Program-made: the position numbers and the translations under genes | In this document: one piece after another, positions 19,331 through 30,690 of the stretch | Layout of the letters: each line of letters starts with the position of its first letter | Numbering within the stretch: the stretch's first letter is position 1 | Notes under the pieces: generated by a model | Databases searched by the model: none | The model's input: the letters and a program-made list of their open reading frames with translations, nothing else | Told to the model about the DNA's origin: nothing | Assembly (NCBI GenBank): GCA_040396375.1 | Contig: JBEBOQ010000011.1 | Coordinates: 3,744-67,743, forward strand | Origin: Achromobacter xylosoxidans | GTDB taxonomy: Bacteria; Pseudomonadota; Gammaproteobacteria; Burkholderiales; Burkholderiaceae_B | Direction of reading: 5' to 3' | Length of the DNA stretch: 64,000 bases

Positions 19331-19589
19331 GATTCTCTCCTTGAGAAAGCGCGATGGGGAACAACACGACTTCATGTTAGATCCGCGTATGTTGCGTCGC
19401 AATAAAAATTGCCTAGCACTATTTTTGCCGTTGCGTAATGGGTACAAACACCACCATAACGGTGCATAGGCACCACATATGGCACCATTTTTGTGCAGTG
19501 CAAAACATCAACCCGCGCCGCCTGGTCGCTCATGCCGGGCGACTTCGTCTGGCAAGCGCGGGACTAGGCGCGCCCCCAGGCATATCAAA

Positions 19590-20213
19590 CTATCGGCAGC
19601 CCAGATGCGCGGCGATCAGCTTGTCGGCCATGTCCGCGACCCGGCCGGCGGGTCCGCCCTCGCCAAACAGTTGGCTCGACACGAAAGCGCCTTCGATCAG
19701 CAGCAGCAAGCCATCGCCCAATGCCTCGGGGTCCGGCGCACCCATTTCCGCCGCCATGGCGGCCAGGCGGCGGCGTAGTTCCAGCTTGTGCTCCACCGCA
19801 ACCACCCGCGCCGGATGGCCGGCCTCGGGGTATTCCACCGCCGCGTTGGTCAGGCCGCAGCCGCGGTAGCCGTTTTGCACCGCGCGCACGCTCAGGCCGG
19901 ACAGGTAGGCGCGCAATTGCGCCTGCGGGTCGCCCGGATGGGCGTCGCAGGCCGCATTGAAACGGCCCCAGAACTCCGCGTCGTAGTCGCGCAGGTAGGC
20001 CGCGGCCAACTCGTCCTTGGACGAGAAACTGCGGTACAGGCTGGGCTTGGTGACGCCGGCCTGGTTGACAATGGCATCCACCCCCACCGCCCGGATGCCG
20101 TCGCGGTAGAACATTTCGCGCGCGGTCTTGCGGATGCGGTCGGCCGCCAGAAGCGGCTTTGGCTTGGAGGCTGCGGCGAGCGCCTTGCCCGCCGCGTCGG
20201 ATTTACTGGCCAT
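19590..20213 (-). CDS. TetR/AcrR family regulator
   Basis: FYRDGIRAVGVDAIVNQAGVTKPSLYRSFSSKDEL and YRGC. Confidence 0.92.
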   Translation of the reverse strand: MASKSDAAGKALAAASKPKPLLAADRIRKTAREMFYRDGIRAVGVDAIVNQAGVTKPSLYRSFSSKDELAAAYLRDYDAEFWGRFNAACDAHPGDPQAQLRAYLSGLSVRAVQNGYRGCGLTNAAVEYPEAGHPARVVAVEHKLELRRRLAAMAAEMGAPDPEALGDGLLLLIEGAFVSSQLFGEGGPAGRVADMADKLIAAHLGCR

Positions 20214-20289
20214 ATGAAGACTCCTTACTGAGACCGGCCGGCAATGCCCGCCGCCCTGAAAACAGGGTCGTCAAAAATAACGCTTGACG

Positions 20290-20346
20290 ATGTTACTGAC
20301 CGGTACGTACTATTCGAAAATCCCAATACGTACCGGTCAGTAACAT
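20290..20346. promoter_or_regulatory. Perfect 20-bp inverted repeat (paired TetR operators) over the MFS promoter
   Basis: ATGTTACTGACCGGTACGTA (20290-20309) and TACGTACCGGTCAGTAACAT (20327-20346); TTGACG at 20284 and TACTAT at 20308. Confidence 0.75.
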
Positions 20347-21628
20347 GAGTATAGCCCAACCGCCCATCCCCTTCCGCCGCGCCGGGCAAAAGTATGCGTT
20401 TGTCGTCGTCGCGGTGGTCTTCCTGGCCCTGCTGGTGTCGGCTGGCTTGCGCTCCTCGCCCAGCGTGCTGCTGGTACCGCTGGAAGAAAGCTTCGGCTGG
20501 ACCCGCAGCTCGACGTCGTTCGCCGCCGCAGTCGGTATCTTCCTGTACGGGCTGGTCGGCCCGTTCGCCGCAGCCGCGATGGAACGCTTCGGCCTGCGCC
20601 GCGTGCTGATCTTCTCGCTGACGCTGATGGCCGCCTCCAGCGCGGTCAGCGCCTACATGACGCAACCGTGGCACTTGCTGATGACCTGGGGCGTGTTTTC
20701 GGGGATCGGCTCGGGCGCCGTCGCGGTGGTAATGGGCGCCACGGTGGTCAACCGCTGGTTCACCAAGCACCGGGGCCTGATGATGGGCCTGCTGACCGCC
20801 AGCACCGCCACCGGCACGTTGATCTTCCTGCCGCTCCTGGCCGCGCTGGCGTCGTCCGGCGACTGGACTCGCGTGGTCTGGACGGTCGCCGCAGCCGCCG
20901 CCGCGCTGGTGCCGCTGGCCTGGTGGCTGGTGCCGGACCGTCCCGCCAGCGTCGGCCTGGTGCCGTTTGGCACCGACCCGCACGCGCCGCCCGCCCCCGC
21001 CGCGCCGCGCACCGGCATGCTGGCCGCCACCTTCGGCGCCCTGGCGCGCGCGTCCAAGACGCGCACGTTCTGGTTCCTGTTCGCCACCTTCTTCATCTGC
21101 GGTTTCACCACCAACGGCCTGGTCGGCACGCACCTGATCGCGCTTTGCGGCGACCACGGCATGCCCGAAGTGCAAGCCGCCGGCCTCTTGGCGATCATGG
21201 GCATCTTCGACCTGTTCGGCACCACCGCATCCGGCTGGCTGACGGACCGCTACGATCCGCGCAAGCTGCTGTTCGTCTATTACGCGCTGCGGGGCCTGGC
21301 GCTTATCTACCTGCCGTATTCGGACTTCTCGTTCTACAGCCTGGCGATCTTCGCGGTGTTCTTCGGCCTGGACTGGATCGCCACCGTGCCGCCCACGCTG
21401 CGCCTGGCCACCGAGGCCTTCGGCGACCGTGAAGCGCCCATCGTGTTCGGCTGGATCGTCGCCGGCCACCAGCTGGGCGCAGCCAGCGCCGCCTGGATGG
21501 CGGGCCTGGTACGTGAATCGCAAGGCAGCTACCTGATGGCCTTCGTCGTCGCCGGCGCCACCGGCCTGATCGCCGCCGTCATCGCGCTGCTGATCGGACG
21601 CGAACGGGTCGTGGCGCAACCTGCGTAA
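20345..21628 (+). CDS. MFS transporter
   Basis: About 12 TM segments; MERFGLRR and SGWLTDRYDPRKLL motif-A copies. Confidence 0.92.
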   Translation: MSIAQPPIPFRRAGQKYAFVVVAVVFLALLVSAGLRSSPSVLLVPLEESFGWTRSSTSFAAAVGIFLYGLVGPFAAAAMERFGLRRVLIFSLTLMAASSAVSAYMTQPWHLLMTWGVFSGIGSGAVAVVMGATVVNRWFTKHRGLMMGLLTASTATGTLIFLPLLAALASSGDWTRVVWTVAAAAAALVPLAWWLVPDRPASVGLVPFGTDPHAPPAPAAPRTGMLAATFGALARASKTRTFWFLFATFFICGFTTNGLVGTHLIALCGDHGMPEVQAAGLLAIMGIFDLFGTTASGWLTDRYDPRKLLFVYYALRGLALIYLPYSDFSFYSLAIFAVFFGLDWIATVPPTLRLATEAFGDREAPIVFGWIVAGHQLGAASAAWMAGLVRESQGSYLMAFVVAGATGLIAAVIALLIGRERVVAQPA

Positions 21629-21640
21629 CGTGCCTGAATC

Positions 21641-21673
21641 AAAAAAGCCCGGCTGAGCCGGGCTTTCCTTTTC
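21641..21673. terminator. Bidirectional intrinsic terminator
   Basis: AAAAAAGCCCGGC-TGA-GCCGGGCTTTCCTTTT. Confidence 0.8.
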
Positions 21674-21682
21674 TCGCTAGAA

Positions 21683-21747
21683 CAGCCGCCCCGCCGCGGG
21701 GCAGCCCCCTTGGGGGGCAGCTAGCGCAAAGCGCGCGGCGTGGGGGC
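21683..21747 (-). repeat. Degenerate copy of the REP-like element at 63849-64000
   Basis: Reverse complement GCCCCCACGC...GCTGCCCCCCAAGGGGGC...GGGGCGGC shares all three conserved blocks with the terminal repeat. Confidence 0.7.
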
Positions 21748-22481
21748 TCACACCTCTTCGACTTCACCCAGGTACGCGGCGCGTACCTTCGGATCATGCA
21801 GCATGTTCCGCGCCGGACCCGACAGCGTGATCTCGCCGGATTCCATCACGTAGCCGCGGTGGCTGTTCTCCAGCGCCAGGCGCGCGTTCTGCTCGATCAA
21901 GAGGATCGTGACGCCTTCGCTGGCGATGGTGCGCACCACCTCGAAGACCTTCTCGACCATCAGCGGCGCCAGGCCCATGGACGGCTCGTCCAGCAGCAGC
22001 AGCTTGGGGCGCGCGATCATCGCGCGGCCCATGGCCACCATCTGCTGCTCGCCGCCCGACAAGGTGCCCGCCGCCTGCTTGCGCCGTTCGGCCAGGCGCG
22101 GAAATAGCGTGAACACGCGGTCGGTATCCTGGCGTATCTGCGCCGCATCGCGGCGGATGTACGCACCCATCGCCAGGTTTTCCTCGATGGTCAATTGGCC
22201 GAAGATGCCTCGGCCTTCCGGCACCATGACCAGGCCCTGGCGCACCAGCTCATGCGACTTCTGGCCGCCGATGGACTTGCCGCCGTAGACCACTTCGCCA
22301 CCGGCCAACGGCACCAGGCCGCAAACGGCGCGCAAGGTCGTGCTCTTGCCGGCGCCGTTGGCGCCGATCAGGCAGACCAGCTCGCCTTCGTCCACGCGCA
22401 GGTCGATGCCGCGCACCGCGCGAATGCCGCCGTAAGCGACCTGCAGGCCGCGCAATTCCAGCAAGGGTTGGGTAACTGCCG

Positions 22482-22485
<4 letters not shown>
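21748..22485 (-). CDS. livF: Branched-chain amino acid ABC transporter ATP-binding protein
   Basis: GANGAGKST, LSGGEQQM and LLDEPSMGLAP. Confidence 0.93.
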
Positions 22486-23278
<793 letters not shown>

Positions 23279-23282
<4 letters not shown>

Positions 23283-24367
23283 GCCGCGCCTCCCTGCGTC
23301 TTGGTGGCCAGCTCGCGCTTGCGCACGGCCGACGGCCACAGGCCGGCGGGACGGAACAGCATCACGCACACCATCGCCAGGCCGAACAGCAGCATGCGGA
23401 TGCCCTCGGGATCCAGCACCACCGCGCCGAACACCATCTGCTGCACCGGCTCGACCACGGCGCGCAGGAATTCCGGCAACGCGGCCAGGATCAGCGCGCC
23501 CAGGATCACGCCCGGGATGTGGCCCATGCCGCCCAGCACCACCATGCACAGGATGGAGATGGATTCCATCAGCGAGAAGCTCTCGGGGCTGACGAAACCC
23601 TGCATCGACGCGAACAGCGCGCCCGCCACGCCGCCGAACGAGGCGCCCATGGCGAAGGCCAGCAGCTTGATGTTGCGGGTGTTGATGCCCATGGCCTTGG
23701 CGGCGATCTCGTCTTCGCGGATCGCTTCCCAGGCGCGGCCGATGCGCGAATTCTGCAGGCGCACGCAGACCAGCACGATGATCAGCGTCAGCGCCAGCAG
23801 CAGGTAGTAGTACTTCTCCGGCCCGGTCACGCGGATGCCCAGCAGGCTCTCGGTGCGGCCAAAGGCGAACTCGCCCACCTTGAAGGTGTCGATGCGGTTG
23901 ATGCCCTGCGGGCCGTTGGTGATGTTGACCGGCGCGTTCAGGTTGTTCAGGAAGATGCGGATGATCTCGCCGAAGCCCAGCGTCACGATGGCCAGGTAGT
24001 CGCCGCGCAATTTCAGCGTCGGCGCCCCCAGCAGCACCCCGAACAGGCACGCCACCGCCAGCGCGATCGGCAGGATCGCCCAGAACGGCAGGTGCAGCCC
24101 GAAGTGCGGCGAAGCCAGCAGCGCCCAGGTGTAGGCGCCCACCGCGTAGAACGCGATGTAGCCCAGGTCCAGCAGGCCGGCAAAGCCCACCACGATGTTC
24201 AGGCCCAGCGACAGCATCACGTACAGCAGCGCGAAGTTCAGGATGCGGACCCAGCTCTGGCCGGCCATGCCGATCACGAACGGCAGCACCGCCAGCACGA
24301 TGCCGATCAGCGCGATGCCGATCAGGTTGCGGGTCGACAGCCCGCTGTTTTTCAGGGTGGTGCTCAT
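23279..24367 (-). CDS. livM: Branched-chain amino acid ABC transporter permease
   Basis: GLNIVVGFAGLLDLGY and LRGDYLAIVTLGFGEI; start MSTTL. Confidence 0.93.
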
Positions 24368-25293
24368 GCGCGGTCCCCCACACGCTCGCCCAGCAGGCCG
24401 GACGGACGGAAAATCAGCACCAGCACCAGCACGAAGAACGCGAACACGTCCTGGTAGTGGCTGCCCAGGAAGCCGCCGGTCAGGTCGCCGATGTAGCCGG
24501 CGCCCAGCGATTCGATGATGCCCAGCAACAGGCCGCCGGCCATCGCGCCGACCAGGTTGCCGATGCCGCCCAGCACCGCGGCCGTAAAGGCCTTCAGGCC
24601 CAGCATGAAGCCCATGGTGTATTGCGACACGCCGTAATAGGTGGCGACCATCATGCCCGCCACGGCAGCGAGAGCCGAGCCGATCAGGAACGCCGCCGAA
24701 ATGACGGTGTTGATGTTCACGCCCATCAGCCCGGCCACTTCGCGGTTCTGCGCGGTGGCGCGCATCGCCGTGCCCAGGCGCGTCTTGTGCACCACCGCCA
24801 GCAGGCCTCCCATGATCAGCGCCGCGATCACCACGATGGCGATCTGCAGCGAGCTCATGCGCGCGCCGCCGATCTCGAACACCTGCGGCGACAGCACCTG
24901 CGGAAAGTTCAGGTAGTTGCGGCCCCAGCCCATCATGGCCACGTTCTGCAGGATGATGGACACGCCGATGGCGGTGATCAGCGCGGCCAGGCGGGGCGCG
25001 CGGCGCAGCGGCCGGTAAGCCACGCGCTCGGCGGTCCAGCCCACCGCCATGCACAGCGGCACGGACACCAGCAAGCCGACGCCCAGCACGACGAAGGCGG
25101 ACGTGGAGGGATCGCCGCCCACCAGCGAAATGGCAATGGTGGTCGCCGCCATCGCGCCGATCATGACGACGTCGCCATGCGCGAAGTTGATCAGCCCGAT
25201 GATGCCGTACACCATGGTGTAGCCAAGGGCGACCAGGGCGTACACGCTGCCTAGCGTGACGCCGTTAATCAGTTGTTGAATGAAGATATCCAT
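24364..25293 (-). CDS. livH: Branched-chain amino acid ABC transporter permease
   Basis: QQLINGVTLGSVYALVALGYTMVYG and KAFTAAVLGGIG. Confidence 0.93.
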   Translation of the reverse strand: MDIFIQQLINGVTLGSVYALVALGYTMVYGIIGLINFAHGDVVMIGAMAATTIAISLVGGDPSTSAFVVLGVGLLVSVPLCMAVGWTAERVAYRPLRRAPRLAALITAIGVSIILQNVAMMGWGRNYLNFPQVLSPQVFEIGGARMSSLQIAIVVIAALIMGGLLAVVHKTRLGTAMRATAQNREVAGLMGVNINTVISAAFLIGSALAAVAGMMVATYYGVSQYTMGFMLGLKAFTAAVLGGIGNLVGAMAGGLLLGIIESLGAGYIGDLTGGFLGSHYQDVFAFFVLVLVLIFRPSGLLGERVGDRA

Positions 25294-25442
25294 AGGGGCC
25301 GCGGAATAAGCCTGGAAAAATCGCGCGGTGGCGGCCCTCGGGCCTGCCACGGCGCCGCGCGTGGCGCGCGCCGGACGGCGCGCACGCTGCAAAGCGGGCG
25401 GGATGCGGCGCGCAGCCGGCTTCCCGCCCGGGTCCAACCGCC

Positions 25443-26588
25443 TTAGTTGGCTTGGCTGACCATCGTTTCAACCATCTCCCACTTGCCGTTCTTGACTTCG
25501 TAGATGGTGACCGAGATTTCCTTCAGATCGCCGTTCTTGTCATAGGCGATGTGCTCGCTGGTGGCGCCCTTGCGGTTCAGCTTGGCCAGTTCCGGCAGGT
25601 ACTTCTCGGGCTTGGCCGAACCGGCCGCTTCGATCGCCGCGATCATGTTCCAGGCGCCGTCATAGGCGTACGGCGCGTAGACGCCGGGGGCCTTCTTGAA
25701 GCGGGCCTGGTAGCGCTGCTCGAAGTCCTTGCCCGCGGCCATCTTGTCCAGCGGCACGCCGGCCAGCGAGGCGTAGGTGCCGTCGGCGGCGTCGCCGGCC
25801 AGCTTGATGAAGGTGTCGCTGCGGGTCATTTCACCCGAGACCAGCGGCGCCTTCAGGCCGAGCGTGGCCAACTGGCGCTTCATCGGGCCGGACTGCGCGT
25901 CCAGGCCGCCGTAGAAGATGGCGTCGGGCGCCGAGCCCTTGATGTTGGTCAGGATGGCCGTGAAGTCGTTGGCCTTGTCGGTCGTGTACTCGCGGCGCAC
26001 CACCTGGCCGCCGGCGGCCTTGACGGCCTTCTCGACCTCGTCGGCCAGGCCCTGGCCGTAGGCGGTGCGGTCGTCGATGATGGCGACCTTCTTGGCCTTC
26101 AGGCTCTGCACCATGAACTTGCCGACCGCGGCGCCCTGCTGGGTGTCGCTGGTCATCATGCGGAAGGTGGTTTCGTAGCCTTGCTTGGTGTACTCCGGCG
26201 ACGTGGCCATGGCGATCTGCGGCAGGCCGGCTTCATGGTAGACGCGCGACGCGGGAATCGTGGTGCCCGAATTGAAGTGACCCAGGATGCCGACGACGTT
26301 CTCGTCGACCAGTTGCTGCGCCACCTGCACGCCCACGCGCGGGTCGGCTTGGTCGTCGCGCGACACCAGCACGAACTTGGCGGGCTGGCCGTCGATCTTG
26401 ATGCCCTTCTGGTTGGCTTCTTCCAGCGCCAGGTTCAGACCGTTCTGCATGTCTTCGCCGTAGTGCGACTGGGGACCGGTCAGCGGGGCGGCGAAGCCGA
26501 ATTTGATGTCGGCGGCCTGCGCGGCGGTGGCCATGCTGGCAGCGGCGATGCCGGCGGCGACAAGCTTCAAAGTGGTGCGCAACTTCAT
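25443..26588 (-). CDS. livK: Branched-chain amino acid ABC transporter substrate-binding protein
   Basis: Signal peptide; APLTGPQSHYG, DDQADP, GHFNSG and DDRTAYGQGLAD. Confidence 0.9.
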   Translation of the reverse strand: MKLRTTLKLVAAGIAAASMATAAQAADIKFGFAAPLTGPQSHYGEDMQNGLNLALEEANQKGIKIDGQPAKFVLVSRDDQADPRVGVQVAQQLVDENVVGILGHFNSGTTIPASRVYHEAGLPQIAMATSPEYTKQGYETTFRMMTSDTQQGAAVGKFMVQSLKAKKVAIIDDRTAYGQGLADEVEKAVKAAGGQVVRREYTTDKANDFTAILTNIKGSAPDAIFYGGLDAQSGPMKRQLATLGLKAPLVSGEMTRSDTFIKLAGDAADGTYASLAGVPLDKMAAGKDFEQRYQARFKKAPGVYAPYAYDGAWNMIAAIEAAGSAKPEKYLPELAKLNRKGATSEHIAYDKNGDLKEISVTIYEVKNGKWEMVETMVSQAN

Positions 26589-26776
26589 GGGAATCCTCCG
26601 GTATGACGGATGAGGCTTTGTTATACCCGAGCTTTTGGGCCGGGTTTTTCTGTTTGAATCCGATTGCCGGGTTGCCGCAATCGAACTTCAGGTGCGACCG
26701 GATTTTGCTTCCAGTGCAACCCCGCTAGATATTGGAGATAACCCTTGGTCGCCCAAGGGTTACCCCTCGGTCACGC

Positions 26777-29700
26777 TCAGCCGATTGTCATGAGGCTGGC
26801 GTTGCCGCCGGCCGCGGCCGTATTGACGCTGATGGAACGCTCCGTCAAGAGGCGTTCCGGCACATAGGCGGCGCCTGCCGCCAAGGCGTCCGGCGTCAGC
26901 CCGTGCACCGCCAGGATCGCACCCGGGCGCTGCGCGATACGCTGGTTCAGGGCGCGCAGCGCATCGCCGTCGCCCTCGAACAGCACCGCCTGATAATCGG
27001 CCTGGTCAACCTCGGCGTCCGCCAGGATGCCGGCCTGGCCCTGCTGCTCGGCGTCCAGCCCGGCCAGCAGCGCCTGCGCCGCGGGGGTGTCCGCGAACCA
27101 GGCGTGGTTGCCAGTCAGGCGCGCCGCCGACCACTGCGCACGCGCACCGGCCTCGGTGGCTGCCACGCAATACACGGCGCCGCGCGGTTCGACCATATAG
27201 GTATTGGTCTCGCCCGTGGGACCCGGCAGCGCGATGCGCTGCGGCAGCGGCGCGGCCGCATCCAACGCGGGCGGCAAGCCCTCGGGGCGCGTACCCAGCA
27301 GGCGGTACATATACAGCGGACCGCCCGCCTTGGGGCCGGTGCCGGACAGGCACTCGCCGCCGAAGGGCTGCACGCCCACCACGGCGCCCACGATATTGCG
27401 GTTGACGTAGACGTTGCCCGCATGGACCTGGCCGGTCACGTGGGCGATGGTTTCGTCGATGCGGGTATGCACGCCGAACGTCAGACCGTAGCCGGTGCCA
27501 TTGATGGCATCCAGCAAGGCGTCCAGTTCTTCGCGCTTGTAGCGCACCACGTGCAGCACCGGCCCGAACACTTCGCGGGTCAGTTCGCTGACGCTGTCGA
27601 TTTCGATAATGGTGGGTGCCACGAAGGTACCCTGGCGGCACTCGCCATTCAGTTCCGCCTGATCGATCCGGTGGCCCGCCGTGCGCATCGCATCAATGTG
27701 ACGCTGGATGCCGTTGCGCGCTTCGGTATCGATCACCGGGCCGACGTCGACCGACAGGCGGTCGGGGTTGCCCACGCTCAGTTCGCGCATCGCGCCGCGC
27801 AGCATGGTCAGCACGTGGTCGGCGTTGTCTTCTTGCACGCACAGCACGCGCAGCGCCGAACAGCGCTGGCCGGCCGAGTCGAAGGCCGAGCTGAGTACGT
27901 CGAACACCACCTGTTCGGACAACGCGGACGAATCCACCACCATCGCGTTCTGGCCACCCGTTTCGGCGATCAGCGGAATGGTGTGGCCGTCGTCATCCAG
28001 GCGATCCGCCAGCGTGCGCGCAATGATGCGGGCCACGTCGGTGGAACCGGTGAACATGACGCCGCGAATACCTGGGCTGGCCACCAGTTGCGCGCCCACG
28101 GTTTCGCCGCGGCCGGGCAACAGCTGCACCGCGCCGGCCGGCACGCCAGCGGCGCGCAGAATCGTCACCGCCTGCGCCGCGATCAGCGGCGTTTGCTCGG
28201 CGGGCTTGGCCAGCACGGTATTGCCGGCCGCCAGCGCCGCCGCGACCTGGCCGGTGAAGATGGCCAGCGGGAAGTTCCAGGGGCTGATGCACAGCACCGT
28301 GCCCAGCGGGCGATGCGTGTCGTTGCCGAACTCGCGCTCGGCCTGGTCCGCGTAGTAACGCAGGAAGTCGACCGCTTCGCGCACTTCGGCGATCGCGTTG
28401 GGCAGCGACTTGCCGGCTTCGCGCACGATCAGGCCAAGCAGCGTCTGCATCTGCTCTTCCAGCAACTGGGCGGCGCGGCGCAGGCACTGGGCGCGCTCTG
28501 CCACCGGGGTCGATTGCCAGATGGGTGCCGCGTTGGCGGCGGCGCGCAAGGCGGCCTCGGCTTCTTCGCCGCTGGCCTCGATCACATGGCCCACCACGTC
28601 GCGCAGATTGGCGGGGTTGCGCACTTCAATCGCGCGGGCCGTGTCCCAAGCCTCGGCGCCTTCGCCCAGCATGGGCGCGGCGCGCCAGGGCGTACCGGCG
28701 CTGGCCAGCAGCGCAGCCGACAGCGAACCCAGGCGATGCTCGTTACTCAGATCCAGGCCGGCGGAGTTGGCGCGCGCGCCTTGCTGCGGATTGCCATAAA
28801 GCTCGCGCGGCAGCGGAATCTTCTCGTGCGGCGCGCCCAGCGGCACGATGCGCGAGGCGGCCTCGACCGGATCGGCCACCAGCGTCTCGACCGGGATGCT
28901 CTCGTCGCCGATCAGGTTGACGAACGAGGTGTTGGCGCCGTTTTCCAGCAGGCGGCGCACCAGGTAGGCCAGCAGCGTTTCATGCGTGCCGACCGGCGCG
29001 TAGATGCGGCACGGGCGGTTCAGTTTGCCTTGCGCGAGCGAGCCCACCACTTCGTCGTACAGCGGTTCGCCCATGCCGTGCAGGCACTGGAATTCGTATT
29101 GGCCGGGGTAGTAATTCTGACCGGCCAATTGGTAGATCGCCGAGACCGTGTAGGCGTTGTGGGTGGCGAATTGCGGATACACCGCTTCAGGCGCGCCCAA
29201 CAGCTTGCGGGCGCAGGCCAGGTAGGCCACGTCGGTATAAACCTTGCGGGTGTAGACCGGATAGCCTTCCAGGCCGTCGACCTGGGCGCGCTTGATTTCG
29301 CTGTCCCAGTACGCACCCTTGACCAGGCGCACCATCACGCGGTGGCGGCTGCGGCGGGCCAGGTCGATCACGTAGTCGATCACGAAGGGCGCGCGCTTCT
29401 GGTAGGCCTGGATGACGAAGCCGATGCCGTTCCAGCCTTCCAGCTCGGGCGTGAAGCACAGCGCCTCCAGCAGATCCAGCGAGATTTCCAGGCGGTCGGC
29501 TTCTTCGGCATCGATGTTCAGGCCGATGTCGTAGCTGCGCGCCAGGATGGTCAGCGCCTTCACGCGCGGCAGCAGCTCGGCCATGACGCGTTCGCGCTGG
29601 GCGCGCGAATAGCGCGGGTGCAGCGCCGACAGCTTGATGGAGATGCCGGGGCCTTCATAGATGCCGCGGCCGGCGGCGGCCTTGCCGATGGCGTGGATGG

Positions 29701-30598
29701 CCTGCTCGTACGAAGCGTAATAGCGCTCGGCGTCCTCGGCCGTGGTGGCCGCTTCGCCCAGCATGTCGTACGAATAGCGGAAGCCGCGGCCTTCCATCTT
29801 GCGGTTGTTGGCCAGCGCCTCGGAAATGGTCTGGCCCGACACGAACTGCTCGCCCATCATGCGCATGGCGATGTTCACGCCCTTGCGCACCAGCGGCTCG
29901 CCGCCCTTGCCGATCAGGCGCGTCAGCGCCTTGGACAGCGACTGCTCGCTGCTCACGGCCACCAGCTTGCCGGTGATCATCAGGCCCCAGGTGGCGGCGT
30001 TGACGAACAGCGACTGCGAACCGCCCATGTGCGATTTCCAGTCGCCGCGCGAGACCTTGTCGCGGATCAGCGCATCGCGCGTGGCGCGGTCGGGAATGCG
30101 CAGCAGCGCCTCGGCCAGGCACATCAGCGCCACGCCTTCCTGGCTGGACAGCGAGAATTCCTGGATCAGCCCTTCGACGCCACCGCCGGTGCGCTTGCCA
30201 CGCAGTTTCTTGACCAGGTCGCTGGCCATCGCGTGCACTTTTTCCAGATTGGGCATGCGGGCCTGGCCCAGCAGCAGCGGCACGCACTCGGGCTCGGGGC
30301 GGCGGTAGGCCGCCGTGATCGCCGCGCGCAGCACGGACTGCGGCTGCACATCCTGACCAAACTCGTAGAACGGCGGCGTGGCGACGGCCTGCTGCTCGCC
30401 CCCTTCGTCATCGCCCCCCTCTTCCCCGCCCAGGTGGGACATTTCGGCGGGCAGATGGCCGCGCTCGATCTTGTCCAGGTAGGCGACGATCGCCTGCTTG
30501 TGCAGCCAGTGCGGCGTGCAGTTGAGCTTTTGCGCGGCCGACTTCAGGCGGTCGCGAAGCGCGTCATCGACTTTGACGCCGAGGGTGGTGCTGGCCAT
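26777..30598 (-). CDS. putA: Trifunctional PutA (RHH repressor / proline dehydrogenase / P5C dehydrogenase)
   Basis: MASTTLGVKVDD...HWLHKQAI RHH domain; VRLVKGAYWDSEIK; IAETGGQN; DSAGQRCSALR. Confidence 0.97.
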   Translation of the reverse strand: MASTTLGVKVDDALRDRLKSAAQKLNCTPHWLHKQAIVAYLDKIERGHLPAEMSHLGGEEGGDDEGGEQQAVATPPFYEFGQDVQPQSVLRAAITAAYRRPEPECVPLLLGQARMPNLEKVHAMASDLVKKLRGKRTGGGVEGLIQEFSLSSQEGVALMCLAEALLRIPDRATRDALIRDKVSRGDWKSHMGGSQSLFVNAATWGLMITGKLVAVSSEQSLSKALTRLIGKGGEPLVRKGVNIAMRMMGEQFVSGQTISEALANNRKMEGRGFRYSYDMLGEAATTAEDAERYYASYEQAIHAIGKAAAGRGIYEGPGISIKLSALHPRYSRAQRERVMAELLPRVKALTILARSYDIGLNIDAEEADRLEISLDLLEALCFTPELEGWNGIGFVIQAYQKRAPFVIDYVIDLARRSRHRVMVRLVKGAYWDSEIKRAQVDGLEGYPVYTRKVYTDVAYLACARKLLGAPEAVYPQFATHNAYTVSAIYQLAGQNYYPGQYEFQCLHGMGEPLYDEVVGSLAQGKLNRPCRIYAPVGTHETLLAYLVRRLLENGANTSFVNLIGDESIPVETLVADPVEAASRIVPLGAPHEKIPLPRELYGNPQQGARANSAGLDLSNEHRLGSLSAALLASAGTPWRAAPMLGEGAEAWDTARAIEVRNPANLRDVVGHVIEASGEEAEAALRAAANAAPIWQSTPVAERAQCLRRAAQLLEEQMQTLLGLIVREAGKSLPNAIAEVREAVDFLRYYADQAEREFGNDTHRPLGTVLCISPWNFPLAIFTGQVAAALAAGNTVLAKPAEQTPLIAAQAVTILRAAGVPAGAVQLLPGRGETVGAQLVASPGIRGVMFTGSTDVARIIARTLADRLDDDGHTIPLIAETGGQNAMVVDSSALSEQVVFDVLSSAFDSAGQRCSALRVLCVQEDNADHVLTMLRGAMRELSVGNPDRLSVDVGPVIDTEARNGIQRHIDAMRTAGHRIDQAELNGECRQGTFVAPTIIEIDSVSELTREVFGPVLHVVRYKREELDALLDAINGTGYGLTFGVHTRIDETIAHVTGQVHAGNVYVNRNIVGAVVGVQPFGGECLSGTGPKAGGPLYMYRLLGTRPEGLPPALDAAAPLPQRIALPGPTGETNTYMVEPRGAVYCVAATEAGARAQWSAARLTGNHAWFADTPAAQALLAGLDAEQQGQAGILADAEVDQADYQAVLFEGDGDALRALNQRIAQRPGAILAVHGLTPDALAAGAAYVPERLLTERSISVNTAAAGGNASLMTIG

Positions 30599-30680
30599 AA
30601 GAGATTGCTTCCTGTCGCATGGCAAAGGTCACACCGGGCCCACAAAGGAGCCCGGCATCGGTAGGACCGTATGCTAGTCA

Positions 30681-30690
30681 GGTTGCAACC
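30681..30690. promoter_or_regulatory. PutA operator (GTTGCA core)
   Basis: Palindrome GGTTGCAACC about 80 bp upstream of putA; GTTGCA is the known PutA core site. Confidence 0.7.

Noticed and set aside
26732-30664. 1310-aa plus-strand ORF
   Set aside because: Antisense shadow of putA. High-GC codon bias suppresses stops on the opposite strand, and it has no recognisable motifs.
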